Source: Carcharhinus longimanus (lineage: Eukaryota). From it: a stretch of DNA of 60,606 nt. The stretch spans positions 46,436,774 through 46,497,379 of the forward strand of contig JASCQW010000122.1 of assembly GCA_030264375.1 (NCBI GenBank). Direction: 5' to 3'. The notes below the pieces were generated by a model. It made no database searches and was not told the origin of the DNA. It saw only the letters and a list, made by a program, of their open reading frames with translations. The translations under genes were made by a program, and so were the position numbers. Positions 37,061-50,248 of this stretch are shown here, one piece after another (the stretch's first letter is position 1; every line of letters begins with the position of its first letter).

Positions 37061-38814
37061 CTGGAAAAGAGGATTTGAAATTGCTGATTCTAGCCAGAAG
37101 CTCTCTGATAGATATGCATTATTTAAACTTATAAATTATGAAAAAAGGCAAGTATAATGGTCCATTTTTAAAGCTTCCTGCTGAAGTAATAGGCTCCACT
37201 GTTCTGCTGTAGTGAGCTGATCACATATCTTTGCAGCCTATGGAGATGGATTAATTTCTTGAATTTTATCTCAATTTATTTAAATGCTAATTATTTTAAG
37301 TGTGTTCTGCACAATTACATTTGAATACATGTTCTACCTCATCACTGCACCATTTCTAATGTACTCAGTGTTGGCATACTGATCCTCTTTACAACAGCCA
37401 ACTTTTGCTTGCAAATTAAATTGCAGATTAAAGGATATAAGATCCCATAAACATGTTGACCTGGTGGTTCAATAGTCAACCCACCTTGTGATACATTGCT
37501 GAACCTTATTTCTGGTACAGGAATGATAAAAGGGCTCGGTATTCATCACGTATATTGAGTGCTTGTTTAGAAGTGGGATAGGAGAGAAGATAGTCAGGGT
37601 TCAAATTCCTAAGCACTGTTGTTCTCGGAAGTGCACTTTTGTGGACATAGGATTAAAGATTGTCAGGTTTAGTTTTACTGATTCCCGACCAAATCCCTTA
37701 CTCTCCGCTGCACGTAACTGAACAAGTTGTTGTTATCCACAGACTAGGCTCGAAAGTGCAAAATAATTAGTTGGATAAAATAGTAGAAGGATGGAAATAC
37801 TGGAAGAATCATACCCCAATATTATGTAATGCCTTTAGCAATATAGGAATGAAATTTGAGGGCAGGGCACAAGTATAATTAAATTTAACTCCAGAATCAT
37901 GTTATAACATTAAATGAATATTATTTCGTGTAAACTTATTTCACTGCACATATCATTGCATAAAATCTTACTTTGATACTAAATTTAGCTCTTCAAAGAG
38001 TGAGCAATTTCAATAAATGTCCTTCCAGAAATCAATTGATCCACCAACAAATATCAAATTGATCACAATCTCTACTAATTAGAAGTGTTTTCTCAAAGGT
38101 TGTTCATAAAGATACAGTAAGGCTGTGATAAACACATCTGTTAGAATTACTCTTTTTTTTTACCAACAATCCTCTTACATTAAACACTTTGAATTTCAGC
38201 TGTGTTGCCATGCAGAACATACAACTTAAAAGGGGAAAAAAAACACAAAAAGGGGGTAATTCAAATTGGGTGTTTCTCAATAGTCCAGCCTTAATGGATA
38301 TCCATTATACGACTTATTAAAGAACTCATAGAAGGAAATTGGATATGCATTTAAAGGCTATGGGTGGCGGGGGTTATTTCCCTTCAAAGAGCAAGCATGT
38401 ATTTAATGGGCTAAATGGCTCCATGTGCTAGACTTTGCCAGCTCTCTGGAAATGAATTGGCTTGTGGGAGGGTGTGGAAAAAAAACGGAAATCATCATGA
38501 GGGGCATCAGACATCATCTGCCACCATTGGATATTACTGGCAATGTGAACCTCACCATCGTGGTCATCCACACCTCAGCTAATTAAGCCAGTTAAGGGTC
38601 AATTTCCACTCTCCAGTGCGCTCTGGAAATGCCGCCACCCACACAAGAGTATTGGCAGGTGTAGAATTGATGGGTTCCAATGACTAGCGACCAAGGGCCT
38701 ACAACACAATAGTTTATTCAGTACTCTGAGCAGCTCTTACATGCTTCTACTCTATCAATGCTCTGTGGAGAACTTGCGCACTTCCATCATGTGGTCTTTT
38801 AAATCACCATGTCA

Positions 38815-39080
38815 TGACATAGAATCATACAGTGCAGAAGACGTCCTTCAGATCATCAAGTCTGCACCAACATATGTGAAACACCTGACCTCGCATCTAA
38901 TCCCACTCACCAGCACTTGGCCCAGAGCCTTGAATGATGTGATGTGTGAAGTGCTCATCTGGGTACTTTTAAAAGACATGAGGCAACCTGCCTCTATCAC
39001 CTTCCATGGCAGCACATTCCAGAGCATCACTACCCTCTGGATACAAAAGTTTTTCCTCACATTGCCTCTAATTCTCATAC
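38815..39080 (-). mobile_element. CR1/HER1-like 3' fragment
   Basis: IRGNVRKNFCIQRVVMLWNVLPWKVIEA. Confidence 0.8.
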
Positions 39081-40597
39081 TCAATGACCACTGCATGACC
39101 CATGATAAGGTCCTCCACTGCAGGGTCACCCCACTGCCCGTATCCACATCTCCATTGATGGATTGTACAGCTCTGCTTGGTCCTTGGCATGGTTTAAAGA
39201 AATACTAGAAATACTAACCTTTGTCCTCCTTCCTGCAGACTTAGCAGTGGTCACCTCTACCTTGGCCAAGGTCGCCAAGCTGTTGGCCCCCTGATTGGGC
39301 TGGCAGCTCTGAGAAGCATACCACCATTCAATTAGTGGCAGCCTTTTAATTGGTAAAATCCCGCTGCCTTCCCACGCGTGCTTGTTCCTCTGTCTCAGTC
39401 CCAGTGGAGGAATTAATAATTTTTGCACTAATCTCAGCCCCACAACATTAGGATTAAATGAGACATCAGCGCAGTTTTGCTTAATTACAAACATGACTAA
39501 CAATGAACATTAGTACCTCATGGGTGGCCAATGGGTTAGTTACAATGTGATCATGAATTAAGGTCTCACTGGTGTCTCATCCTCATGTATCCTGGACACC
39601 CTGCATTGGATTTAATACAGTCTCATTCAGCTAATCCAGAGGCATTGTGCTTTAGAAAAATGCTTATAAATCTGAAGCACCAGGGAGAAGAAGATATCTC
39701 TGGCCTTGTATTTAATTTTGAGCTGCAAGTTTATTTACACCAAAATTGTTCCAACTCTATTCAACGTTTTATTGCATCAATACTCAGAAAATATTTTAAT
39801 TATAAAATGAATAGATCTTCCTTCCTGACTCTGTTCAATGAATCAGACAAGACTGTTTCCTTCACCCTGTTTGGCTTAGGATACTTATTCAAATCCTTGC
39901 AATTGTTCAACATAGTGTATGTTCCATGGCTTACAATACAGAAGGCAAGAGGTTAAGTCACCCAAAACTTGCTGGGTCCAATTTTAGCTGACATAAATCC
40001 ATGAAATTTTAATCTCTATCCAAAACTTAAATATTTGAACATGCACGCTGCTTGCTAGTAAATCGAAAGCACCGTACCAGAACATTAACAGTGAGTGAAG
40101 AAGCCTGCTGAAGCAATGCAGAATTTTAAGAGAAACTCAGATCTGTTTCAAAGAAAAGAAGGAATAGCACATTTATGATATAAAGGCAGCTTCGAGATCA
40201 ATAAAGAATTTTTAACCTACTGAACATACAAAATATAAGATGGTGACAGTTTTGGGAAAAACCCAAGACCTTGGAGAAGGTGGAGCAGAAATTCAAAAGC
40301 TGAAAAGTTAAAGCATCTGGCTGAAAGCATCTAAATTGAAGAGACTCAGGGTGATCATCGAAGGAAGCTCCATAATCAAATTGGAAGCAGAGGGCAGAGG
40401 AAGAAAACTCTATTGTGCAGTTGAGGAGTCCAGAGATTATGTGGAAGTCCAGTTTGAATGCCCATAAAATGCAGTCAAAGGACCCAACTGGGGTGAACTA
40501 AAAAACAAATTCTTGGCTAAAACTAGTTTGGAAAAGTTTTCAGTCTTTTAAAAGTCATTTCCAAAGGCACCGGGACCAGCCTGTGTTCAGAGTTGGC

Positions 40598-40947
40598 CAT
40601 GACGTGGAGGTGCCGGCATTGGACTGCGGTAATCACAGTAAGAAGTCTCACAACACCAGGTTAAAGTCCAACAGGTTTATTTGCAGCAAAAGCCACTAGC
40701 TTTCGGAGTACCTGCTGCTCCTTCGTCAGGTGAGTGGGAGTGCAAGTGATGGTCACATAAGCAAACAAAAGAAACAAAAGTAGGAAATCAGAAGAAGTCC
40801 AGATTAAGATGTTTTTATACTCCTTTGCTGAGTTTGCAAATCAACTCTCACTCACCTAACGAAGGAGCAGCAAGTGCTCCGAAAGCTAGTGGCTTTTGCT
40901 ACCAAATAAACTTGTTGGACTTTAACCTGGTGCTGTGAGACTTCTTA
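40598..40947. mobile_element. Penelope-derived inverted-repeat insertion (copy B) with captured spacer
   Basis: Inverted arms of about 105 bp. TSD ctg(t/c)gttcagagttggc at 40581-40597 and 40948-40964. Confidence 0.85.
40694..40732 (-). ncRNA. Minimal type I hammerhead ribozyme motif
   Basis: CAC-CUGACGA-A-GGAG...CUCC-GAAAGCUA-GUG. The opposite arm has a core mutation (CUAACGA). Confidence 0.6.
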
Positions 40948-41357
40948 CTGCGTTCAGAGTTGGCTTCATAAAATGTGGCGGCTGAGCGTGGCACAAAGGA
41001 AAAGAAAATCAACAGTTTAAAAACCCCAGGCAAATCCTAGAAATGATGTTAAAACTCCCCCAAATCCACTGGTATTGCAGGGAACGCCTGGAGTAGTTGA
41101 TCAATTTCTGCACAAAATAAAAGACAAAGATGTTGGAACCCCCATCGTAGCACACGCTTGCCAAACCCAACAAGTGCGGGAAGACTCTGAGGAAACACTG
41201 ACTATGACACTATCTTTAAAACCAGCAATTAAATCTGTACTCACAAAAATCTTTTAAACAACTATGGGTAACAAACCAACTTTACTAATTTGGACTGATT
41301 CAAGAGCCAAACCAGATGAAAAATTGGGCGTGCTGGGGGAAAAAAATGTTTAATTTA

Positions 41358-41740
41358 GCGGAGATAATGTTGTAACAGTAATGTCACTGGATTAATAATC
41401 TAGAGACCTACAGGCTAATGTTTGGGGACATGGGTTCAAATCCCACCATGGTAGCTGGTGGAATTTAAACTCATTTAATAAATTCTGGAATATAAATTTA
41501 GTCTCGGTAATGGTGACCATGGAACCATCACCAATTGTTGTAAAAAGCCACCTCGTTCACCAATGTCCTTGAGGAAAGAAAGTCTGCCATCCTTATCGAG
41601 TCTGGTCTATGGGTGATTCCATACACACAGCACTGTGGCTGATTCTTAACTGCCCTCTGCAATGGCCTAGCAAGCTACTCAGTTCAATTCGAAATGGGCA
41701 GCAAATGATGGCCTTGCCAGTGATGGTCACATCCCATGAA
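41358..41740 (+). mobile_element. SacSINE1-like tRNA-derived SINE
   Basis: gtaatgtcactggattaataatctagagacc...gggttcaaatcccaccatgg head, conserved core and LINE-derived tail. Confidence 0.75.
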
Positions 41741-42149
41741 ACAACAGGCAAACAAAAGAAACCATATCTAAGTAGAAAATCAGAAGAAGTCCAGATTAAG
41801 ATGTTTTTATACTCCTTTGCTGAGTTTGCAAATGAGGTAATCCTAATGTAATAGACTGATGAATCCTCAACCAACTTTGATTAAATATTAAAAGCCTTCA
41901 GCAAATATGCATAAAATGCATAGAAGCATAAAAGAGAGACAGAAACTTCACACTAAAGCTACGAAAGTAAAAAATAAATACCCAAGTGAACTATATAACG
42001 GTGGCAGACAGACAGAGGACCATCCAGAGGTCTTAAAAATTTTTTTTTTTTGAAAATGATGACACATTTCCCAAACTGCATCAGCAAGTGGAAATGCAGA
42101 ACTCCCTGACTCTGATCAACTGGAATGTCGTAGAGAATTTAGGTTTTTT

Positions 42150-42432
42150 TTAGTTTAGTTTATTTATTTGTCACAAGTGAGCTTATATTAACACTGTAAT
42201 TAAGTTACTGTGAAAATCTCCTAATCGTTACATTCTGGCTCCTGTTCAGGTACACTGAGGGAGAATTTAGCACGGCCAATGTCCCTAGCCAGCCTGTCTT
42301 TTGAACTGTGGGAGGAAACCCACGCAGACAATAGGGAAAACATGCAGACTCTGCACAGACAGTGACCCAAGCCGGGAATCAAATCTCAGTCCCTGGTACT
42401 GTGAGGCAGCAGTGCTAATCACTGTGCCACAG
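42150..42432 (-). mobile_element. HE1-type SINE
   Basis: Reverse-complement HE1 head at 42370-42432. Confidence 0.8.
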
Positions 42433-42721
42433 TCGTTCAAATGAATTAGGAAGCCATGATTTGTACCAGAGTTGGAACAAGTTAAAACTTCAGTGGAGGC
42501 AGACCTGGCTAACAGTGAAATCAAAATGAAGGACCGGGACAAATCTGTGCTGCAGGCAGAGACAGAAAGGCAATCTAAGATGGGAAAATGTAAATCTGAA
42601 GCTGAGGAACAAGGAAGGCATTAGATGCCTCAAACTGACTGACTTGTCGAAAAATGAAATAGTGGAAATGAAAATCAAGAACACAGAATGGCAAGAAAAA
42701 GTGAAAGTTCTCATGAAGGAT

Positions 42722-42923
42722 AGTAAGAAGTCTCACAACACGAGGTTAAAGTCCAACAAATTTAATTGGTAGCACGAGCTTTCAGAGTGCTGCCCCTTCA
42801 TCATCACCAGATTAAGGAGCAGCGCTCCGAAAGCTCGTGCTATCAAATAAACCTATTGGACTTTAACCTGGTGTTGTGAGACTTCTTATGTGCCTATCCC
42901 AGTCCAACACCGGCGTCTCCACC
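42722..42923. mobile_element. Penelope-derived inverted-repeat insertion (copy C)
   Basis: Back-to-back inverted arms with almost no spacer; degenerate TSD ctcatgaagga / cttataaagga. Confidence 0.8.
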
Positions 42924-43621
42924 TTATAAAGGAGAAAGAATTGCTGATGAATCAGACCAGTTGCTGGCGTGCAACATTAACAAATTAAATTCTTGAATTT
43001 TAATCCAATTGGAAGTACTTGAAAGAGAAAATGCACAGTATGGATGAGCAAATCCAGACTTTGAATGCAGACAAAATAAATTCTAAGTAACAGATTGAGG
43101 ATGCAACAAGTAAATTGAAAGAGTCAAAGGAACAGTCAGTGACCACAGAAGAAGGATCCTGAAAAGAACTAAATGCCCAAGTGAAGCTGTTAAACTAGTT
43201 GAATGATACCTCTGAAACAAAGATAACTGAATTTACCAAGATAGATGTTAAGGTGAATGAAAAGATTGATAAGCTTGATAAAGATTTGAAAAAGAGGGTA
43301 AATAAATATTTAGGTAAAATTCTGAAAGCAGCAGAAAGGAAGATTAAATTTTGAAGCGTATGCTGCCACAAAGAGCAGAACACACCACAAGCAAAAAGAA
43401 CCACCAGTTTTGTACCAAGAATAAACAGAGTGAACATTCTCTTCAAAAAGAATCAGATAAGCTCCTTGCCCTGGAGCAGACCAAATGTGGAGTTGACAAG
43501 GAGAGGTTCAATGCCAAGAAAAGGAGATTTAAAAAAAAGACAATTAAGTGCCAGAAAGGCAATCTACAAAGTTAAAACATATCAACATATCAGAGCCTGC
43601 CACTCCTCCAAATGTAACCAT

Positions 43622-44510
43622 TAGACCATACGACATAGGAGCAAAATTAGGTCACTGGGCCCATTGAGTCCGCTCTGCCATTCAATCATGGCTGATTTTT
43701 TTTTCCTCATCCCCATTCTCTTGCTTTTTCCCCATAATCCCTGATCCCCTGATTAGTCAAGAACCTATCTATCTCTGTCTGAAAGACACTCAATGACCTG
43801 GCCTCCACAGCCTTCTCTGGCAAAGAGTTCCACAGATTCACTACTCTCTGGCTGAAGAAGTTCCTCCTCATCTCAGGATCAGCCCTTTAGCCTGAGTTTG
43901 TGCCCTCTGGTNNNNNNNNNNNNNNNNNNNNNNNNNNNNNNNNNNNNNNNNNNNNNNNNNNNNNNNNNNNNNNNNNNNNNNNNNNNNNNNNNNNNNNNNN
44001 NNNNNNNNNNNNNNNNNNNNNNNNNNNNNNNNNNNNNNNNNNNNNNNNNNNNNNNNNNNNNNNNNNNNNNNNNNNNNNNNNNNNNNNNNNNNNNNNNNNN
44101 NNNNNNNNNNNNNNNNNNNNNNNNNNNNNNNNNNNNNNNNNNNNNNNNNNNNNNNNNNNNNNNNNNNNNNNNNNNNNAGCCTTACACAGCTTCAGAAGTA
44201 CATCCCTGCTCTTGTATTCTAGCCCCCTCAACATGAATGCTAACATTGCATTTGTCTTCCTAACTGCCGACTGAATTTACATGTTAACCTTAGGAGAATC
44301 TTGAACAATGACTCCCAAGTCCCTTTTGTGTGTCTGATTTCCCAAGCATTTTCCCATTTAGAAAGTAGCCTATGCCCCCATTCCTCCTTCCAAAGTGCAT
44401 AACCTCACACTGTTTCACATTGTATTCCATCTGCCACTTTGTTGCCCACTCTCCTAACCTGTCCAAGTCCCTCTGTAGCCCTCCCCCTACCCCCCCAACT
44501 TCCTCAATAC
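43622..44510 (-). mobile_element. CR1/HER1-like LINE fragment
   Basis: LQRDLDRLGEWATKWQMEYNVKQCEVMHFG and MLAFMLRGLEYKSRDVLLKL. Confidence 0.9.
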
Positions 44511-44523
44511 TACGTGTCCCTCC

Positions 44524-44921
44524 AGAACAAGATCTGGGAGAATTGTCAAGCCTGAAGACCACCTGAATCTAAAAGTCAGAGGCTTGAGGAGGAGAGTAGG
44601 GGAGGCATAATGGTACACGTGATAGAAGTGTAAATATGTTGGACATAGAGTTGGGGTTGTGCAGCGTAAGGGTATCTAGCATAGCAAGGATTAGTGTGGG
44701 ACTAGGTAATTATTGCCCACAGAGCAATGTAAACAGACACAATACTTGAAACTTGAGAGAGTTGTGGACTGGACAGGGACCTGTGTAGAAGCCAGCATGG
44801 TATAAGCTCTGAGCTGGACCATATGCTGTACATATGTATATAGTTATGTGTTATCAATAAACATTGAACCTCTTCGATGAGACCGAATGAGCATACAACA
44901 TTTCTGTCCTCACACACTACA
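44524..44921 (+). mobile_element. Gypsy-type LTR retrotransposon 3' end (pol C-terminus, PPT, LTR)
   Basis: RTRSGRIVKPEDHLNL, then purine tract aggggagg (44598-44605), then a roughly 315-bp segment containing AATAAA and ending cactaca. Confidence 0.65.
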
Positions 44922-45420
44922 CTTTTTTGGGTGTCTAGCTGTTTTCTAACTGTTGTGCTCATCATTGTACATGCCCCTGCCTCCGTCCATCTTTGTTCAG
45001 AAGTCCAACTGTGGAACAAATGTAGTGTATACTTTGAAAGATCTGGGTAGCAATGGTAGAAACCAAAATGGGTTTCCACCAGTCACTTGCTCATCATTGT
45101 GTCCCATGCATCTAACCAGGAAGTTAGCAACCATTCATTGCCTCACTGTACCTAACAGCCTGCTGTGACATGAAATCATCACTTATGGATCTACTGGGTC
45201 TCAGTTGGGGTGACACTGAAATACTCTCTTGTGTCTCTGGGCTTACAAAGACACAAAAACATCAAATTGTGTTCTTGCTCCTGGCACCGCTTTGTTTCTG
45301 TTGCTGGAAATGAATATGCACACGTAACATGATGACAGCCCTGGAATCTGATGGGGATGCTGACTGCAGCAATAGTCATTGCATAGTCATCATTCAGTAA
45401 AGAATGGCCACTCGGTCTAA

Positions 45421-45658
45421 GTAAGAAGTCTCATAGGTTAAAGCCCAGCAGGTTTATTTGGAATCACGAGTTTTCAGAGCACTGTTCCTCCATCAGGTGA
45501 ATGGTCTCCATTTTGAGCCGGCAATTTGCAGTGTCAGCGGTAGCCATGATGTGGAGATGCCGGCATTGAACTGGGGTTACACCTGTTGGTCTTTAACCTG
45601 GTGTTGTGAGACTTCTTAATGTGCCCATCCCAGTCCAACGCCGGCATCTCCACATCAT
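45421..45658. mobile_element. Penelope-derived rearranged insertion (copy E)
   Basis: Forward arm, a second partial forward terminus (catgatgtggagatgccggc), then an inverted arm ending gccggcatctccacatca. Confidence 0.75.
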
Positions 45659-48419
45659 CACTCAGTTGTAGATGGAATGCTTCACCAATATAAATCACTG
45701 AAACCTGGGGAGAGGTAGAAGGATTGAGGATGATACTTGAATGAAAAAGCTTTGAATGAGGGGACAGAAGAGCAACAATAGATCCAAAGTATTAAGTATA
45801 ACATTTCCTCCTGCTAAAAATAGCATCAATTTCTGCACACACATTGTGTAAACTGCAAGCTGCATTGCATAACGTTGTTTTCCCCTAGCTGTGCATTTCA
45901 CATAATTAAAATCTTGCTTCTTAAATCAGCACGTGGCGCTTAGTGTGCTGGCTCAGCTGGCATTTTATATACAATGTCTGGGAGCAATGGCAGCAGGGAG
46001 CAATAAAGAAGACAAGTTACTATTCTCCTGATTACACTTTGGAGATTTATTCTTCTTGCTGCTTGAAACATTGTTCTTTTGTCACAAAATTCCTGTTCCA
46101 ATGAAATCTGAAGAGTGAAGTAGTTTTCACAGTATATCCTTCCCTGCCTTTCATGCTCCCTTCCAAAAACTGAAGGAATAAATTCAAGGCTGAGGTTGTA
46201 GGTAGGAGTTGCTGAAATTGTAAAGTATAATCTTGAGTACAGGTTTTAATTTCAGATTTTAAACGCAAATTAAACATTTTAGACGGTTAACCGTCAGGCC
46301 TTTGGTCATCTTAAATTATATTCTGAAAATATGAATTAAACTTTTGTTTTGTAGATAAATTATCAAATATCTTTCGAACAAAATATCTCAACAAGCTTCT
46401 AATTTGAGAATATTATGCTGGCAAAGTGAAGGATTCAGTGTCCACTGTGTAGAAGCCAACCAAGTTTGAAGGGTACAAGACCAAGATGATTAGATGTCAT
46501 CAAGCATCAGTAGAAACATGAGCAGATTGACAACCATGTAAAGGTCTGTCCTCTCAATTAGCAAGGAATATGAGAGAGAAACAAAAGATAATGGCACCCA
46601 TTATTGACTGAGGATGAAGACTTAGTAGGCTTGTTTAACATTTTCTTGTTAATTATTTCAGTGAAATCATTAACACAAATTAACATTAAAACAAATTAGC
46701 TAATAGCTTTCATAGAATCCCTACAGTGCAGAAGGAGGCTATTTGGTATATCTGACAACTTTTCCCCCCGGCTCTATCCCTGTAGCCCCATGTATATACC
46801 CTNNNNNNNNNNNNNNNNNNNNNNNNNNNNNNNNNNNNNNNNNNNNNNNNNNNNNNNNNNNNNNNNNNNNNNNNNNNNNNNNNNNNNNNNNNNNNNNNNN
46901 NNNNNNNNNNNNNNNNNNNNNNNNNNNNNNNNNNNNNNNNNNNNNNNNNNNNNNNNNNNNNNNNNNNNNNNNNNNNNNNNNNNNNNNNNNNNNNNNNNNN
47001 NNNNNNNNNNNNNNNNNNNNNNNNNNNNNNNNNNNNNNNNNNNNNNNNNNNNNNNNNNNNNNNNNNNNNNNNNNNNNNNNNNNNNNNNNNNNNNNNNNNN
47101 NNNNNNNNNNNNNNNNNNNNNNNNNNNNNNNNNNNNNNNNNNNNNNNNNNNNNNNNNNNNNNNNNNNNNNNNNNNNNNNNNNNNNNNNNNNNNNNNNNNN
47201 NNNNNNNNNNNNNNNNNNNNNNNNNNNNNNNNNNNNNNNNNNNNNNNNNNNNNNNNNNNNNNNNNNNNNNNNNNNNNNNNNNNNNNNNNNNNNNNNNNNN
47301 NNNNNNNNNNNNNNNNNNNNNNNNNNNNNNNNNNNNNNNNNNNNNNNNNNNNNNNNGTGACTAGGGGATTTTCACAGTAACTTCATTGCAGTGTTAATGT
47401 AATCCTACTTGTGACACTAATAAATAAACTTCAAATGTGCACTATATAGAAAACATATTAGGAGTTGTTCAACTGGTATAACTAAAATATTTTCTAGGCT
47501 AGGATTCACTGTACACACATTGGCTTTCTCAGAACAGTTCCATGTTCGATATTAACATTTATTTCCATCCTTATGAAACATCCGAGCCACCAGCAAAATT
47601 CTGGCTAGCAATGCTGAGAGGCAGAAGTTAGCTACTAACAAACGGATTTACCTTTTCAAGATAAGCCTTCCACACCAGTGAAACAGAGGCGAAACTATCA
47701 GAGAAGGCCAGGTGGTATATTCTAAATTCATCTGCAGTAATCCAAAACAATACAAAGCTCAAAAAAAATGCTGGAAACGCTCAGCATGTTTGGCTGCATC
47801 TGTGGTGTGAAATACCAATAACAAGATCCGGCCTGTATTTTATGCCCCCCAGCAGATTTGAAAGTGGGGGGAGGGGAATCTCATAACATCCAGTGAGTAC
47901 TCTTCCCGTTGGCGGCACAACTTCTCCTGACCTGTGTGAAATTTCAGGAGGGGCAGTGGCGTCATTGGGTGACCTACATACATTTGGGCTCATTAAGAGA
48001 TCAATTAATGGCCAATTAAAGGTCTTATTTCACCCCAGCTGGTGTTTTACTATGGTAGGTAATATCCATGCCATTTGGAAAGGCTAGCAGCTTTAGCTGC
48101 AAGGGATGGTACGGAATATAGGAGGGGGTGGAAACCTTCTTTATGGATCCCCGCTATCCATGTAAGCAATGCCCCTAAAGGTCATTCTTACATTTTTACT
48201 CTCCCCCCGAATCCCTGATTTTCCAAACTCCGGTCCCTACCCCCTCACCAGGGCCTACCTTAGTGTCCAACACCTGTAACAACTTCCATTGGGGATTGCC
48301 TGTAGTTCCAATAGTGGCCACTGCTCCACTTGACATTAGTAGGACAACAAAACCATTAACAAGCCAGAAGCTCGCTGAGCTGGGACGAGCAGAGCATCAG
48401 TGAGACCATAGCTGCAGTA

Positions 48420-48792
48420 CAATGTACAAAACTCGTCACCTTATTTAAGAAAAAATGTAAATGCAGTTCAAAGAAGTTTTACCAGGCTAATACCTGGAAT
48501 GGGTGGATTGTCTTTTGAGGAAAGGTTGGACAGGCTGGCTTGTATCTACTGGAGTTTAGAAGAATAAGATGTGAATGGATTGAAATGTATAGGATCCTGT
48601 ACAGGATGGATGTGGAGAAGATGCATCGCCTTGTGGGAGCATCTAGAACTAGGGGTTACTGTTTAAAAATAAGGGGTCGCCCATTTATAATGGAGGTGAG
48701 AAGACATTTTTTCTCTCAGAGGGTTGCGAGTCCTTGGAACTCGCTTCCTCAAAAGAAAGTGGAAGCAGATTCTTTGAATATTTTGAAGGCAA
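48420..48792 (+). mobile_element. CR1/HER1-like LINE fragment
   Basis: SRTRGYCLKIRGRPF...FFSQRVASPWNSLPQ. Confidence 0.85.
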
Positions 48793-49632
48793 AAAGATGT
48801 CACCTGCTATGCAACAAAGTCCATTCATAGCCAGGATCCACCATAAGATTATGCCAAACATGGATCATCTTTGTGAGTAAACGCACTTTCTGAGGGTGAA
48901 TGGAAAGAAAAGCAGCAATGGTTGGTTGTTGGTTGTTGGCAGGGTCCAAGGAAGCATTGCCAGATTCTTATAAATTCTTTCACAGGATGTGGTCATCAGC
49001 ATTTACTGCTCATGCCTGATTGCCCTTGAGATGGTAGGTGGGGGCAAGAAGGAGATCAGTAAGGTTAGCCCCTAACAAGAAGGTTGCTGTGAAAGAAAGG
49101 AGGAGCAGATGTTCTTAAAGAAGCATTGATGAAGTGCCTTGAAGGATCCTTCCAAGAAGGTCAAGAAGCTCCACTTTGGAAATTACATTTTGCTTTTCTA
49201 ACAGAACTATTTTCACATTTAGAAACGAGCTGAGCTGGGATAGATCAGTCTTAAACTGAATCCACAAATTATATTCAGCTGCAAACCATTGGAAATCACC
49301 ATATATCCTTTTCCATCTTCCCAGGTCAATGTGATTACAATATCTTTTACTTGCAGCTGTTTTAAAAGTGCTGATAAGTGCTTGGAGGAAACATCCCTGC
49401 TAGCCATCCCAGACAGAGAATAATCGGTGACATTATTCTATGCTGAAATAAATAAAATCCAGCCCCCCAAAAAAAATCAAAAATGAATCAAGTAAATTAA
49501 CTAACAATTGTTTTGGAAATATAAAAACTAAAACAAAACATGTAAAACTCAGATCATGCTACATAATTTTCTACATTTGTGATTTAACATATGTAAATTG
49601 CTTCCTCATTCAAACTCAATGGGGAGGGGTGG

Positions 49633-49759
49633 GGGGGTAGTTTTCCCATCCTGCCCATCACCGGAATCGTAGCAAGCGAGGGGCGGGACACGCAAACGTC
49701 TGTTGACCTCGGGTGGGATCTTCTGATTTCGGGGTGAGCGTGGACGGAAAATCCCACCC
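49633..49759. mobile_element. MITE (PIF/Harbinger-like)
   Basis: gggggtagttttcc...ggaaaatcccaccc terminal inverted repeats. Similar short elements near 1470-1540, 2860-2910 and 13519-13650. Confidence 0.55.
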
Positions 49760-50248
49760 ATAGCCTCTGCACAAGAAAACAGTCCCCAGTCCCAGTTGGA
49801 CTCAGAGTAACATAATAAAGCACACTGAAGTTTCCATCATTCTGACATTTTCTTTCTTGGCGAGGCAAAGATTTCAGAGACTTTGAATAAAAGGCGCAAG
49901 ACATTAAAGACCACCAGAGGACTGCACTTCAACATTTAACTACTTGCTTGGGTGATATTTCACTGGTGCCAGTATTTAGCATTCAGCACAATGCAAGATC
50001 AGTTCATGCAACATCCCTCTCCTGCAAAACTATTGACTTACTAACGTAAAAGCAAAAGTATTGCCGATGCTGGAAATCTGAAATAAAAACGTATAGTGCT
50101 AGAAATACTCAGCAGGTCCAGCAACAACTGTGAAGAGATAAAGAATTAACATTTTGAGTCGAGCAAGATTCTTCCAAACTGATTTGCTGATTTAATGATG
50201 CGAGCTAATGGTTTTAAATTTCTTAAATTATTTTCTCAAATAAATACA

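Noticed and set aside
29885-47380. Long ORFs rich in X (around 30.0, 43.9 and 46.7 kb)
   Set aside because: Artefacts of translating N gaps.
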